Positions 48,527 through 58,676 of a stretch of DNA of 64,000 nucleotides are shown piece by piece. The position numbers and the translations under genes are program-made. The notes beneath the pieces were generated by a model. It was not told the origin of the DNA. It saw nothing but the letters and a program-made list of their open reading frames with translations, and did no database searches. Positions within the stretch are counted from its first letter, which is position 1; each line of letters starts with the position of its first letter. This DNA comes from Candidatus Doudnabacteria bacterium (lineage in GTDB: Bacteria; Patescibacteriota; Doudnabacteria; UBA920): contig CAWINB010000001.1 of NCBI GenBank assembly GCA_963837465.1, forward strand, positions 437,646 to 501,645, written 5' to 3'.

Positions 48527-49780
48527 ATAAATAGCGACACCCAAAATACTGCTCCCAAAAACGCGCCGAGCGGATTTGGAGGTACAATAAAGAAAACTTT
48601 TATTTCCCTCAGGAACCGCAACTACCGGTTATTTTTTATTGGCCAGACAATCTCAAATACCGGCAACTGGCTTACCAATGTTGCGCTGACTTTGCTGGTG
48701 CTAAAAATTACCGGCAGCGGCTTTGCCGTTGGCCTGGTGGCTGCCTTTCAGTATGGGCCCATACTTTTTTTGTCGGCCTGGGCCGGGGCCATTGCCGACC
48801 GTTCCAACAAACGGCTTATGTTGCTGTTGACCCAGTGCCTGGAAATGGCGCAGTCCATAGGCCTCGCGATTTTGGCTTTTATACCGCATCCGCCTTTGGT
48901 AGGGCTGTATATTCTTGCCGTTGTCGGCGGCATTGTGCTTTCGTTTGATAACCCGCTCAGGCGTTCTTTTGTGACGGAAATGGTCAGGCCGGATGATATT
49001 CCAAATGCCGTGGTTCTGTACAGTACCATTGTAAACGTCTCGCGCGTATTCGGTCCCGCCCTGGCGGGGCTGCTGGTTATAACTTTAGGTTACGGCTGGT
49101 GCTTTTCGCTGGACGCGGCTTCGTATGTGGCAGTTATAATTTGCATAATTATGATGCGGCACAGCGAGCTCTATCTCCAGCCAATTAAACCTAAAAGCAA
49201 AGGCGAGGTGCGCGAAGGCCTGCGCTATATAATGTCCCAGCCACTGCTTTGGGTAAGCTTTATTATGCTGGCGGCTATTGGCACGCTGGCCTACAATTTT
49301 TCCGTAACCCTGCCGCTGTTTGTCATCCATTCCCTGCGCGGCACCGTTGGCGCGTTTACCGTCCTATATTCCATTTACAGTTTTGGCGCGGTTGTTACCG
49401 CTATGGTTATAGCCCGCAGGGGTTTGGTAAAAATTCAACATATTATAACCGGCGCCGCGGCTTTGGGACTTACAATGATCATGCTTGCCCTGGTTCCAAA
49501 TGTCATAACTGCCGTGCCGGTAATCTTTTTGGTGGGCGTGGCAAGTATCTTATATATGACTTCAACAACCACAATTGTCCAGACCGAAGGCAAGCGCGAA
49601 ATGCACGGGCGCTTGTTGGCGATACAAAGCGTTTTGCTAATCGGCACAAGCGTAATCGGCGGCCCTCTCTCCGGCTGGATTGCCGATGCCTTGGGCGCCC
49701 GCTCGCCAATATTCCTCGGCGGCATGGTATGTTTGACAGCGGCAGTGTTCGGCTACGTTGCTACCGGGAGAGCCGGGTAA
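48527..49780 (+). CDS. MFS transporter, apparent ATA start
   Basis: Frame open upstream of 48692 with F.SLRNRNYRLFFIGQ.IS..G.W; AAGGAG 6 nt before ATA. Confidence 0.82.
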   Translation: MNSDTQNTAPKNAPSGFGGTIKKTFISLRNRNYRLFFIGQTISNTGNWLTNVALTLLVLKITGSGFAVGLVAAFQYGPILFLSAWAGAIADRSNKRLMLLLTQCLEMAQSIGLAILAFIPHPPLVGLYILAVVGGIVLSFDNPLRRSFVTEMVRPDDIPNAVVLYSTIVNVSRVFGPALAGLLVITLGYGWCFSLDAASYVAVIICIIMMRHSELYLQPIKPKSKGEVREGLRYIMSQPLLWVSFIMLAAIGTLAYNFSVTLPLFVIHSLRGTVGAFTVLYSIYSFGAVVTAMVIARRGLVKIQHIITGAAALGLTMIMLALVPNVITAVPVIFLVGVASILYMTSTTTIVQTEGKREMHGRLLAIQSVLLIGTSVIGGPLSGWIADALGARSPIFLGGMVCLTAAVFGYVATGRAG

Positions 49781-49824
49781 GCAACATCGTAATTGGCGGG
49801 AAGTATTTTTTGGACAGGTTCCGC

Positions 49825-50310
49825 TTATTTTTTAGCGGCCAGGAAAATATTGAGCTTTTCTAATTGCTGGGTAAAACCCATTTGCATTCCTTCGGCGGCC
49901 ATTTTGGCTTTGGGCCCAAGTTTGTAAATAGACGCTTTGACTTTTACTTTAGTTTTTCCGTCCTCTTGGGTAAACGTTACTTCTGTGGTTTGGTCTATAA
50001 GAGTTTCATCATTTTGCTGTTCCCCGACCCACGCTTTTGCGGCATAAAAAAGTTTCGCGTTTGGCTCAATTAAAGTAAATTCGGCCAGCATTGGCCACAG
50101 CGTGCCTTTATACGGGCCCATTGCTTCCCCAGCTTCCATAACAATGTAAAATTTGCCGCCGACCCGGAGATCGACTTCACATTCAGGAATGATAACGTTG
50201 TCCGGACCCCACCATTGTTTTAACAGCTCCGGTTTTGTCCAGGCCTGCCAAACCGTTTCGGGAGAGGCATCATAGATTCTTTCCAAAATTACTTCTTTGA
50301 TTGGCTGCAT
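49825..50310 (-). CDS. SRPBCC/AHSA1 domain protein
   Basis: VWQAWT.PELLKQWWGP, DLRVGG. Confidence 0.88.
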   Translation of the reverse strand: MQPIKEVILERIYDASPETVWQAWTKPELLKQWWGPDNVIIPECEVDLRVGGKFYIVMEAGEAMGPYKGTLWPMLAEFTLIEPNAKLFYAAKAWVGEQQNDETLIDQTTEVTFTQEDGKTKVKVKASIYKLGPKAKMAAEGMQMGFTQQLEKLNIFLAAKK

Positions 50311-50398
50311 ATTTTTTTCTTTCTTGCCTGGCCGGGGTTCCGGGCGAAGCCCGGAGATAAAGGCAGGTCTTAGTTGATTAAACCAACATTCCGCTGCT

Positions 50399-50647
50399 TC
50401 ACCTATGCGGGCAACCGGCCCAACAGCAAGGCCTGCGCGTGCCGCTTTTTAGTTTCGACAGCGCTTTATGTATTCTTATATCCCTTGTCTCCAGCTTCTT
50501 TCCCGAGGTAACCCAGCAAACCCACTCATTGCGCGCCAGCGGCGTAATGTCCTCCCAGACGGCTTCGGCCGCCGGAGCGGACACAATGGCCTTTTTTAAG
50601 TCTGCCGGCAGTTTATGCGCCGCTACTTTGATAATTTTTTTGCTCAT
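50399..50647 (-). CDS. YdeI/OmpD-associated family protein
   Basis: TPLARNEW.CWV, RRPCCWAGCPHR; paralog at 59615. Confidence 0.82.
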   Translation of the reverse strand: MSKKIIKVAAHKLPADLKKAIVSAPAAEAVWEDITPLARNEWVCWVTSGKKLETRDIRIHKALSKLKSGTRRPCCWAGCPHR

Positions 50648-50651
50648 ATGT

Positions 50652-50978
50652 TTACTTTGCTGATTTTAAATATTTATCCAATGAATCCAGTCGGTTTTCC
50701 CAAAGCTGTTGAAAATTTTCAAGATACTTACTCGCCACAGCCAGGGTGCCGGGGGTAATACTGACAATTTGCTCTTTGCCGCGCCGGGCTTTGCTTATAA
50801 GTTTAGCGCGATGAAGAACATCCAGATGTTTGGCAACAGCGGCAAAACTTAGCTTATAGCGCCTTGCTATATCCCCCACGCTCAGACTCTTTTTGCCAAC
50901 CCTTTTTAAAATATCCCGCCTGGTCGGATTGCTTAATGACCCAAAAACCGAACTAAGTTCTTTTACTTGTTCAACCAT
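50652..50978 (-). CDS. ArsR-family regulator
   Basis: F.SLSNPTRRDIL, AKHL.VL..A.LI. Confidence 0.88.
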   Translation of the reverse strand: MVEQVKELSSVFGSLSNPTRRDILKRVGKKSLSVGDIARRYKLSFAAVAKHLDVLHRAKLISKARRGKEQIVSITPGTLAVASKYLENFQQLWENRLDSLDKYLKSAK

Positions 50979-51016
50979 ATGGTTTAATGATACATCGGGA
51001 GGGAAACATGTGTCAA
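50970..51016 (-). promoter_or_regulatory. Promoter and palindromic operator over the ArsR start
   Basis: TTGACA-N18-TATCAT; TTCAACCATATGGTTTAA. Confidence 0.6.
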
Positions 51017-51077
51017 GAGGAGCGGAAGCAATTGCGGTACTTTGATAAACCAGACCCAAGTCGCTGCTTTTCCTTAA

Positions 51078-51151
51078 AGGCCCGTCTGAAAAGATCCATT
51101 CCTGCCGCGATTTCAGAATTTCGCGACGAAAGCGGCATTCCCGACCGCCTA
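51078..51151. mobile_element. Mini-MITE, homolog of 34671-34743
   Basis: GTCTGAAAAGATCCATT.CTGCCGCGATTTCAGAATT shared. Confidence 0.7.
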
Positions 51152-51741
51152 TAAGTTACCACCCCTGAAGGCGCTGGAACCCACCGCTCCAAATGGAGGC
51201 CTTAGAGCAGTTAAATTTCCCTTTGATAACGGCGATTTAGTTCGCTTGCCAAGAGTTATCCATAGGCCACAATTATACAAATTAAGCAGTATTTTCGTAA
51301 ATGTGGTATAATTATGTCGAATGAAAAATTAAGCTATTAGAATCTATTTAAAAATACTTCGGGCTGTAAATTATTTTTCAAACAGGTTTTGGGAACAAAC
51401 GCGCGGAAAATCCAAACGAAGCCGCTGCCGGATAAAATGGCAAACTGCGCCACACTATTTTGCTCATTTTCGCCTGGCAAGTATGTTAAGTTCCCTCTAA
51501 AAATCAATCGAACAAACAAATGATTAAATTTATTCACAAAAAACACATAAATAAAAACTCCAATCTTAAGTCATTTGTCATCTATTACAGTATTTCTGAT
51601 ATTGTTTTGGGTTTCCTGCTCACGGTTTTAGTGGCTTTTTTTATTTACAACTACGTTAAGTTATCGTTCCAAAAGCTGAATATAGTTTATTACAGGACTG
51701 CGAGCAGCAGCTTTAAACCCGGGGTTTACCGAAAGGGGTAG

Positions 51742-51840
51742 CGCCTGAACGTAAACTTCAAGCGGGAGGATTTTACTTTAATTGAATTACTGGCAGCAGT
51801 ATCGGTTATTGGTCTTTTGGCCAGCGTATTTTTAGCCTGA
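51742..51840 (+). pseudogene. Type IV pilin N-terminal remnant
   Basis: KREDFTLIELLAAVSVIGLLASVFLA*. Confidence 0.6.
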
Positions 51841-52023
51841 GGAACAGCCGCAATTGGGTATTATTTTTTTGTTTAGATTTTTAACAAGCAAACACTCCCC
51901 GGCTCAAATAAGCTGCAACGAATAAAGATTTGCGAAAAATCGCCCAATTTTTGCCATTTGCCATACAAACAGCTTGGCTGTATCGCGTTATCAAAAAATA
52001 ACAGATAATCATAGCGTCCAATT

Positions 52024-52590
52024 ATGAAGAAAGAGATAGTCCAGTCGAAAAGTTTGGCGGGATTTACTTTAGTGGAACTTCTCGTTGTTATTTCCATTAT
52101 CGGATTATTGGCCAGCATGCTTTTAGTAAGCGTTTCCAATATACGGGTTAAGGCGCGGGATTCTAAGCGCATTCAGGAAATCAGCGCTGTCCGTGACGCC
52201 GTGGAAATGTATAACATTGATAACGGGAGTTATCCCAGTGGGTTTTTTTCCGACCCGCCTACTCAAAACTACAACGATTGGAACACCGGGCTGACTCCAC
52301 AGCTTGCCTCGTATTTGAACTATACCCCAAATCCTTCCCCAATCCAGACCGCGGGTTTACCCATGAACTATTTTTATGTCGGCATTACCGCCACTACCGG
52401 TGCGAGTGACGATTTTGACGGTACGTTTCACTGCGTACAACTTAATCCTGGCAGCTATTGGATTGGAGCTTTCCTGGAAAATCCCAATGACGCGCCGAGC
52501 GGATATCAGCCGCTTGTCGCCCTGGGCGAATACGATATATTCGGCGGGAACTACAAGGTTCTTCCACCCCATCCCTGTCCTCCTACATAA
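52024..52590 (+). CDS. Type IV pilin / GspG-like prepilin
   Basis: G-FTLVELLVVISIIGLLAS, KARDSKR, Y..DNG.YP. Confidence 0.9.
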   Translation: MKKEIVQSKSLAGFTLVELLVVISIIGLLASMLLVSVSNIRVKARDSKRIQEISAVRDAVEMYNIDNGSYPSGFFSDPPTQNYNDWNTGLTPQLASYLNYTPNPSPIQTAGLPMNYFYVGITATTGASDDFDGTFHCVQLNPGSYWIGAFLENPNDAPSGYQPLVALGEYDIFGGNYKVLPPHPCPPT

Positions 52591-52688
52591 AACTAAGGCG
52601 ATTTTGGAGTTATCACTATTCCCCGACGGGTAAACATAACCCGAATTTTTTTCGATGTTAAATTAAAGCGTAGATATACTATGCTTAA

Positions 52689-53216
52689 TCATGGGGTGGC
52701 TGTGCTGTCGTCAGCAGTTGCGGGCGGCGGTGTTTGCGGATCAGACGCCGGAGGAGTTATGGTATCGGTAGTAGCTGGCGGCGTGGATGCCGGATCCGAG
52801 AGACTGGTTGATGTTGGCGCGGCGGCCGGAGGAGACGCAGGCGGATCCGATACTATGGCGGTCGTGCTGTCGGGAGTTGTTGTAGAAACCGGCGGCTGGG
52901 TTTCATCGGGCGTGGAGGTGGAAGCATCCGGAATCGGAGTTTGATCCCCTAAAACTTGCGGGGCTGGAGTGGAGCCGGAAGAGGGATTGGTAACCGCAGA
53001 TGAGCTGACAGTTTCATTGGCAACATTAGACACAATTAACACAATGGCTGAGGCGCTGTTGTCGCTCACGGCTAACTGCGCCGCAGCCGAGGCAAAGCTG
53101 TGCCAATCAAAAGTTACATCCTGCGACTGGGGCGTTTGGACTTCAATGCTAAAGCCCAAGGCGTCCACAGAAGTTATCTTATAAGCGCCGCTGACAAAAT
53201 CCAGCGGTGTGGCCAC
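52689..53216 (-). pseudogene. Probable C-terminal fragment of a surface protein
   Basis: Starts mid-domain (ATPLDFVSGAYKIT...FDW..FA), no signal peptide, long P/T/S tail. Confidence 0.45.
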
Positions 53217-53270
53217 CGAGTATGTTTATATTCCAGACCTTAGCGCACAGGGGCGGATTTAGTTTGGTTA

Positions 53271-54062
53271 CTAATCATCTATGGTAAAAATATCATAGCC
53301 ATTTTCTTGCCCGGTTCTCTCTTGCTCAATACCCTTTAAATCGGAAGCGAGCAAATCTCTCGCTGAAGGCGCTTTTAAGTTACCAGGTTTTATAGCTAAC
53401 AGTATGGAGTTTGCGAAATAGGATTTGTCTCTTTCATTTTCCACTGCTACAAAATTATGGTCTTGAAAAGCTACGTCATACCCTCGTACAGAAAAAAATT
53501 CAATAAATTTCTCCGGCCCTTTAAACACAGAGTCTCTATATCTTTTCACCCCGCCAAAAGTGTGGAAGGTGGCCTTTGCCGCTCCTCCCGGGACCAAGAC
53601 CTCATCCATCCTTTTTACGGCTATTTTCGGATAGGCGGCATAAGCGATGGAGTTAACTCCTAAAATCCCGGCTAAAGATTGGTTCTCTATGCCTCTTAAA
53701 GTCTCGACTCCAGTTATATGAATTTTGTCTTTAGGAAAATATTGGGCTAGTTCCGGATTACTGCGAAGGACTGAAATATGGTAGTCGATATCCGCTGACA
53801 TTGGCATATGGCTAATTACGCTGCTTGCATTACCGCTACCCCCCCCAATATCCAAAACCCGATTTGACTTTAATTGCTTGAGATATTCAAAATAATGTTC
53901 CAGACCGCCTATTCTATACAAACACTCTTTTCCACTCCTGTGGGTTTTATAAGTTTCAGTTGCATCTTTTTCCTTTTCTTTTTCCTGTTTTCTAGCTTTG
54001 CTTATTTGGTCTGCAATTTGTGACCTTTCGAAATATTGGCTAGCTTTTTCTCTGCTGTCCAT
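53271..54062 (-). CDS. Class I SAM methyltransferase-like protein
   Basis: VLDIGGGSG, VLVPGG. Confidence 0.65.
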   Translation of the reverse strand: MDSREKASQYFERSQIADQISKARKQEKEKEKDATETYKTHRSGKECLYRIGGLEHYFEYLKQLKSNRVLDIGGGSGNASSVISHMPMSADIDYHISVLRSNPELAQYFPKDKIHITGVETLRGIENQSLAGILGVNSIAYAAYPKIAVKRMDEVLVPGGAAKATFHTFGGVKRYRDSVFKGPEKFIEFFSVRGYDVAFQDHNFVAVENERDKSYFANSILLAIKPGNLKAPSARDLLASDLKGIEQERTGQENGYDIFTIDD

Positions 54063-54469
54063 ATAAGTTTAACTTAAAAAATATTTAACTTTATTATACA
54101 CTATTTTTCAGTTCGGGCATCCCAATTGGGTACGTAAAAATTCCTGCTTATTTACGCATGGCACGGGGTCAAGTCTTGACATTTGACGTCTTAGCCATCA
54201 AAACAAATAATCATCAACTTAAGTTGATGATTATTTATGGCTCAGCGGGTGGGTCGTTGCTGACTCTTTCAAGGGGTTTTGGGGTCTTTCGCGGGCCATT
54301 TTGCGGCACGTGGGTTAGGGCTTATCAGCAAGGTAAATGAGACAAATAAGACACTGTAAGGGGGGTATTTGGACGTGTCTTATTTGCTCACGTTTAGCCT
54401 ATAAACATTGGGCTTTAGCATTATCTACCTGTCTCATTTGCCATTTGGGAAGTTCTATGGCGTTGTATC

Positions 54470-54823
54470 TTAAATTTTCTTTGATTCGTTATGTTTTATC
54501 CGCGCTTTAACCAATTTTTTTATAAGCGTTATCGGCAATTTTGTGAGCGGTAAGTGTATCGCGGACTTGGTGGTTACGTATGCCTTTAATTCCTTAGTAT
54601 GACCGGCAATGATAGGCGGAGGAATATAGAGCCCGATGTATTTTTTCATCGCAGCGAAATAAACTAAGCGTCCTTTGTAATCATAAAATGGCATGCCATA
54701 ACTTATGCGTTCTTCGGCAGTCGGTGCAAGATTTTTTATTAACGCTCGGAGATCTTTTAGTTTATTCCTTACTTCCTTTGGAGCTTTTGCAATGTATTGG
54801 TTTACGCTCTCTATTTTGTTCAT
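54470..54823 (-). CDS. DUF1801/YdhG-like protein
   Basis: EERISYGMP, LP..LIKKLVKARI. Confidence 0.82.
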   Translation of the reverse strand: MNKIESVNQYIAKAPKEVRNKLKDLRALIKNLAPTAEERISYGMPFYDYKGRLVYFAAMKKYIGLYIPPPIIAGHTKELKAYVTTKSAIHLPLTKLPITLIKKLVKARIKHNESKKI

Positions 54824-54834
54824 AGTGGAAATTA

Positions 54835-55233
54835 CTACTTTGGCTGCCATTCGGTGGCCTGGAGCAAACCAAAAACATTGCCTTCGGTGTCCATCGCGCG
54901 GGAAAACCAACCGAGGCCTTTCATTTCCCACTTCTCTTTGCCTTCCCAGGGTGTGATCTTCCCACCGTTGGCCTTGATGGCCGCGATGACTTTATCAATG
55001 TCATCCACTAGAACCGTGCAATCGAAGCTGTTGAGTTTGCCCATGGCATCCTTGCGGTTAAAAAGCCCTCCATCAATTCCCGGCCCTTCGCCGGTTTTTA
55101 CCATCCAATAGTCCATGCCCACGCCTGGCATATTAGATTTTTCTATTTGCCAGCCCAAAGCTTTTTCATAAAATTCTTTTGCCCTGGCCGCGTCATCGGC
55201 CTGAACCTCAAAATGTATTGGTCGATTGCTCAT
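54835..55233 (-). CDS. VOC/glyoxalase family protein
   Basis: HFEV.ADD..RA..FY, DTEGN.FGL. Confidence 0.88.
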   Translation of the reverse strand: MSNRPIHFEVQADDAARAKEFYEKALGWQIEKSNMPGVGMDYWMVKTGEGPGIDGGLFNRKDAMGKLNSFDCTVLVDDIDKVIAAIKANGGKITPWEGKEKWEMKGLGWFSRAMDTEGNVFGLLQATEWQPK

Positions 55234-55314
55234 ATATGTTATGGTTAATTATTTTATTAAAATTAAAATTATTATAAAGCAAAATTATCGCGCAAACAAC
55301 TTTTAATAATAATC

Positions 55315-55764
55315 TTACTTATTAAACGCGTCAGGCTGATTTTTGCCGCTCGTTATCAGTTGTTGTAAATTCCCATTTATGAGCGAGCCCCAGGCGTTTG
55401 AGCATTTGTCGTAGCATTCAAATTGCGGGACTAGTCCGACATGGGTAAAACGGACTTCGGTTTTGTCATCTTTTTGGGAAATATCAAACATAATGTCCGT
55501 GCCTTTCCACTCAGCCTTGTCATTGGTAAAACTAAGATTAGCATCCAGCACGTTCCAAACAACTCTTTTATCGGGCACTAATTCGGTTACCTTTTGTTTG
55601 GAATAATGAATGTCTTTATAACGGTAAGTCCATTCTTCTCCGAGTTTGTTGGTATTGCCTTCAATTGTTCCCGTCCACCAGCCGCGAACATTATTAATAG
55701 CGGCAAAAACTTCCGTCGGAGTTTGGTCTACCAAAATGGTAACGGTGTAATTTTGATTATCCAT
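55315..55764 (-). CDS. SRPBCC domain protein
   Basis: EWKGT.I.FDI, FTHVGLVP.FECY..CS.AW. Confidence 0.82.
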   Translation of the reverse strand: MDNQNYTVTILVDQTPTEVFAAINNVRGWWTGTIEGNTNKLGEEWTYRYKDIHYSKQKVTELVPDKRVVWNVLDANLSFTNDKAEWKGTDIMFDISQKDDKTEVRFTHVGLVPQFECYDKCSNAWGSLINGNLQQLITSGKNQPDAFNK

Positions 55765-55862
55765 ATTTTTGTCTATTAATTTTTTCTTATTTAAATGTTA
55801 CCTTAAAATTGCTTCATTTGGAAGCGGCATATATATATGGATTGTAGTTGTCATAAATTTAT

Positions 55863-56495
55863 TTACTTTATGAGCAGGTGCAGAGCCACAAGCGCGAGCC
55901 ATATCCAGCCGATTGCGATGGTGAGGCGTTGAAGCAGTCCAGCTATGGATCCAATCTTGTCAATTTTAGCGAAGCCGCGTGCAAAAAGAACAAATCCTAT
56001 AGCAAACAGAGTACCGGAGGCTGCGGAATAAATGAACCAGCCAACAGCTCCCGATATAGCAAACAGATGAGAAAATACAAAAAAAGCCGCAATTAGAGGT
56101 ATAAAGACGAATACTGAACACAAGTCGTGTAGAAGGCCGGGAGTATTGCGTTTTGGCGGCGTAGGCAAATTACTCGGCAGTCCGGTTGTGTCGGTAACAA
56201 AAATGCCGGCTCCAATAAGGCCTACCGCGTATATCCCAATAAGAAACGGTCCCCAAAATGAACCGCCGTAAGAAACAAGCGCGAGGCGAAGACCAAATGC
56301 GCATAAAAGCATGAGTATGCCGGTAACAATAAAGTTGATTTGCTGTATCCATCCGCGTTCGCCAATTGCAAGTGAGCTAACTGGCTGGCGCAATGAACTA
56401 TAACCTGACCGCAGTCCACCTTCAATCAGAAAGACAATTACAAACAACGGCCCGGCGATTACTCCGCACAGAAGCAATAGTTGTTGAATTTCCAT
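55863..56495 (-). CDS. DUF998-family membrane protein
   Basis: VSSLA.G..GWIQ, GLLQR. Confidence 0.78.
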   Translation of the reverse strand: MEIQQLLLLCGVIAGPLFVIVFLIEGGLRSGYSSLRQPVSSLAIGERGWIQQINFIVTGILMLLCAFGLRLALVSYGGSFWGPFLIGIYAVGLIGAGIFVTDTTGLPSNLPTPPKRNTPGLLHDLCSVFVFIPLIAAFFVFSHLFAISGAVGWFIYSAASGTLFAIGFVLFARGFAKIDKIGSIAGLLQRLTIAIGWIWLALVALHLLIK

Positions 56496-56503
56496 AAGAG
56501 TGT

Positions 56504-56935
56504 TTACCTAAATAATTTCCATTTAAACGCTATGTAGAATGCAAAAATAATGGCGATAGCCGTACCGGCAATTATGGAAAATGTTTGCAAGAAAGAGTTT
56601 ACGGGGTATAAGCCAGCCGTAACCAAAGCGATGCGCCCAAGAACAACAACGGCAACGCTTATTTCGGCAAACGTTGCCGCCCATTTTTTCATGGTGAAAA
56701 GAAATACTCCACCCAGAGCGTACAGAATACCAATTATCGCTGCTCCATAAGTTGAGGCTTTTGCACCGGCGGTGGAGATAAGACCCAAGAAGTTATGGGT
56801 AAAACCCGTTGCCACTTCAGCAACGCCGAAAACAATCATGAGAATGGCAACAACGGTAATGCCCAAAGGATGAGGCGCTTGACTCATAGCCTTGTTGGCT
56901 TCCCTTAGGGATTGCAAATTTTCTGGATTAGTCAT
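56504..56935 (-). CDS. Membrane protein
   Basis: Four hydrophobic segments. Confidence 0.7.
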   Translation of the reverse strand: MTNPENLQSLREANKAMSQAPHPLGITVVAILMIVFGVAEVATGFTHNFLGLISTAGAKASTYGAAIIGILYALGGVFLFTMKKWAATFAEISVAVVVLGRIALVTAGLYPVNSFLQTFSIIAGTAIAIIFAFYIAFKWKLFR

Positions 56936-56969
56936 TTGGATTTATTGTTTATGAAATAGTCTTCGCAGG

Positions 56970-57416
56970 CTATATAATTTTTACAACCCAGGCCAGCAAG
57001 ATAAAAGCATAGGCGTTGATAAGCAAGGTTCTAATCCAGTGGGTGGCTAAAATTTTCTGTAAGTACAAACTGTTCGGACCGAGCGGATCTTGGGACAACT
57101 TGGCCTGCCACTGCCCCCAAAAGATAGCGGTCAAAATTAAAGAGATAGCTTGGCACAGCAACGATCCAAGGTATCCCCAAGCTGGCGAGTTGGCCGGGTG
57201 ATACCAAACCAGCACTATGCCGCCTAAAAGGCCCAAGCCCACCGGAGTGAAAATCCAGTAAGGAAGTTTTCGCCAGTGAACTTCTTGGACTTTGTGAAAA
57301 TCGCCACCAACCAATTTCCAAGAACGGAAGATGTCTACTTCCATGGCCCAGATGGTACCGACGTTATAAAAAGCCAGGGCAAGATTTAACAATAAAAAAG
57401 TTTTTGTCATATGCAT
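56970..57416 (-). CDS. Membrane protein
   Basis: Hydrophobic segments, THWIRT motif. Confidence 0.7.
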   Translation of the reverse strand: MHMTKTFLLLNLALAFYNVGTIWAMEVDIFRSWKLVGGDFHKVQEVHWRKLPYWIFTPVGLGLLGGIVLVWYHPANSPAWGYLGSLLCQAISLILTAIFWGQWQAKLSQDPLGPNSLYLQKILATHWIRTLLINAYAFILLAWVVKII

Positions 57417-57448
57417 TAGCTAATGTAGCGAATTTGGTATTTATTTTT

Positions 57449-58672
57449 TTAATTCCGTAACAACTCTTTCAGCCCGACACGCCGTCCGTATTCCATCGAG
57501 CCGTAACGGAAGGCACGGACGGCAAACCAAACGGCTATGACTGCGCTTAAAATTAGGACTGCGAGGGCCCCAAACGACTCCGGGATGGAAAGGCTGCCGA
57601 GCGCATTGCGCAAGAGAATTGTTGTAGGGGCGGTTAGCGGAAAATAGGTAAAGATGGTTACAACTAAAGCATGCGGCGAACTAATAAGGCTCGTTAGTGC
57701 GTAAATGGGGACAAAGTTCCAAATTATGGCAAGACCCATAAATCTGCTGGCATCATTACCGCCAGGAAACAACGCGCCTAATCCGACCACAAATCCAATG
57801 TACATAATAAGCCCAACAATAAAGAATAGCGCGGCGAACGTAACGGCAACCGGGTTTACAGGGATACTACTAAGCGCTATGCCGCCGGACAGGCCGAGGC
57901 GGCTGGGAAAAAAGACATAGGCAATAACAAATGGGATAGTGAGAACCGCAATCTGAATCAACCCTAAAATAATTAGTGAGATAATTTTCCCTAAAATAAG
58001 CGTCCTCGCCTTAATTGAGGTGAGCAGTATTTCTGCCGTTTTATTTGCTTTTTCTTCGGCCGTGCTGGAAATCATGGTGTAAGACAGCAGGATTACAACT
58101 AAGAAGAAAATTGCGGCGAATATTCCGGGAGCAATGGCGTTGGCGAGATCGTTAAATTCAGCGCCATTTTTGTAGGTAATTGCGGTAACAGCCGGACTTT
58201 TCTCCAAAATCTGGACGGCTTCTGAATTTCCCGTTACCGCGCTTACGGCTTTAGCCACGCTCTGTTGTAGCAAGCTCGTGGCGACATCGTTGTATGGTTG
58301 TGAAATACTTAGCCCCTGGTCTTGGGCGTAAACTTGGATGCCGCTAGTTTCCGGATTCTGCGGATAGTAAAAAAACGCTGCAAGTTCATCGCTTTTTACG
58401 GCCGCAATTCCGGCTTGTTTGTTTGGCTCAAGGCCAATGTGCTGGGCGGCTAGCAGATGGGTGTCGATTAATCCGGAATTATCTAACACTGAAATTTTTG
58501 CGCTTTGCGTAAAATTTTGGTCCTGTATTGCGGCATTATTTTGCGCGTTCTGAATTGAAAGCTTTTCAATTCCTAAAACGGCCAGAATAATGAGCACCGG
58601 AGCAATGGAGGCATACCAAAAACTCTTTTTCTTAAGGGCCCGGAAAACTTCAAAATTTATTATATTCCACAT
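57449..58672 (-). CDS. ABC-2 type permease (NatB-like)
   Basis: EEK.NK..EILL.S, GKI, P.TAP. Confidence 0.85.
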   Translation of the reverse strand: MWNIINFEVFRALKKKSFWYASIAPVLIILAVLGIEKLSIQNAQNNAAIQDQNFTQSAKISVLDNSGLIDTHLLAAQHIGLEPNKQAGIAAVKSDELAAFFYYPQNPETSGIQVYAQDQGLSISQPYNDVATSLLQQSVAKAVSAVTGNSEAVQILEKSPAVTAITYKNGAEFNDLANAIAPGIFAAIFFLVVILLSYTMISSTAEEKANKTAEILLTSIKARTLILGKIISLIILGLIQIAVLTIPFVIAYVFFPSRLGLSGGIALSSIPVNPVAVTFAALFFIVGLIMYIGFVVGLGALFPGGNDASRFMGLAIIWNFVPIYALTSLISSPHALVVTIFTYFPLTAPTTILLRNALGSLSIPESFGALAVLILSAVIAVWFAVRAFRYGSMEYGRRVGLKELLRN

Positions 58673-58676
58673 AGTA

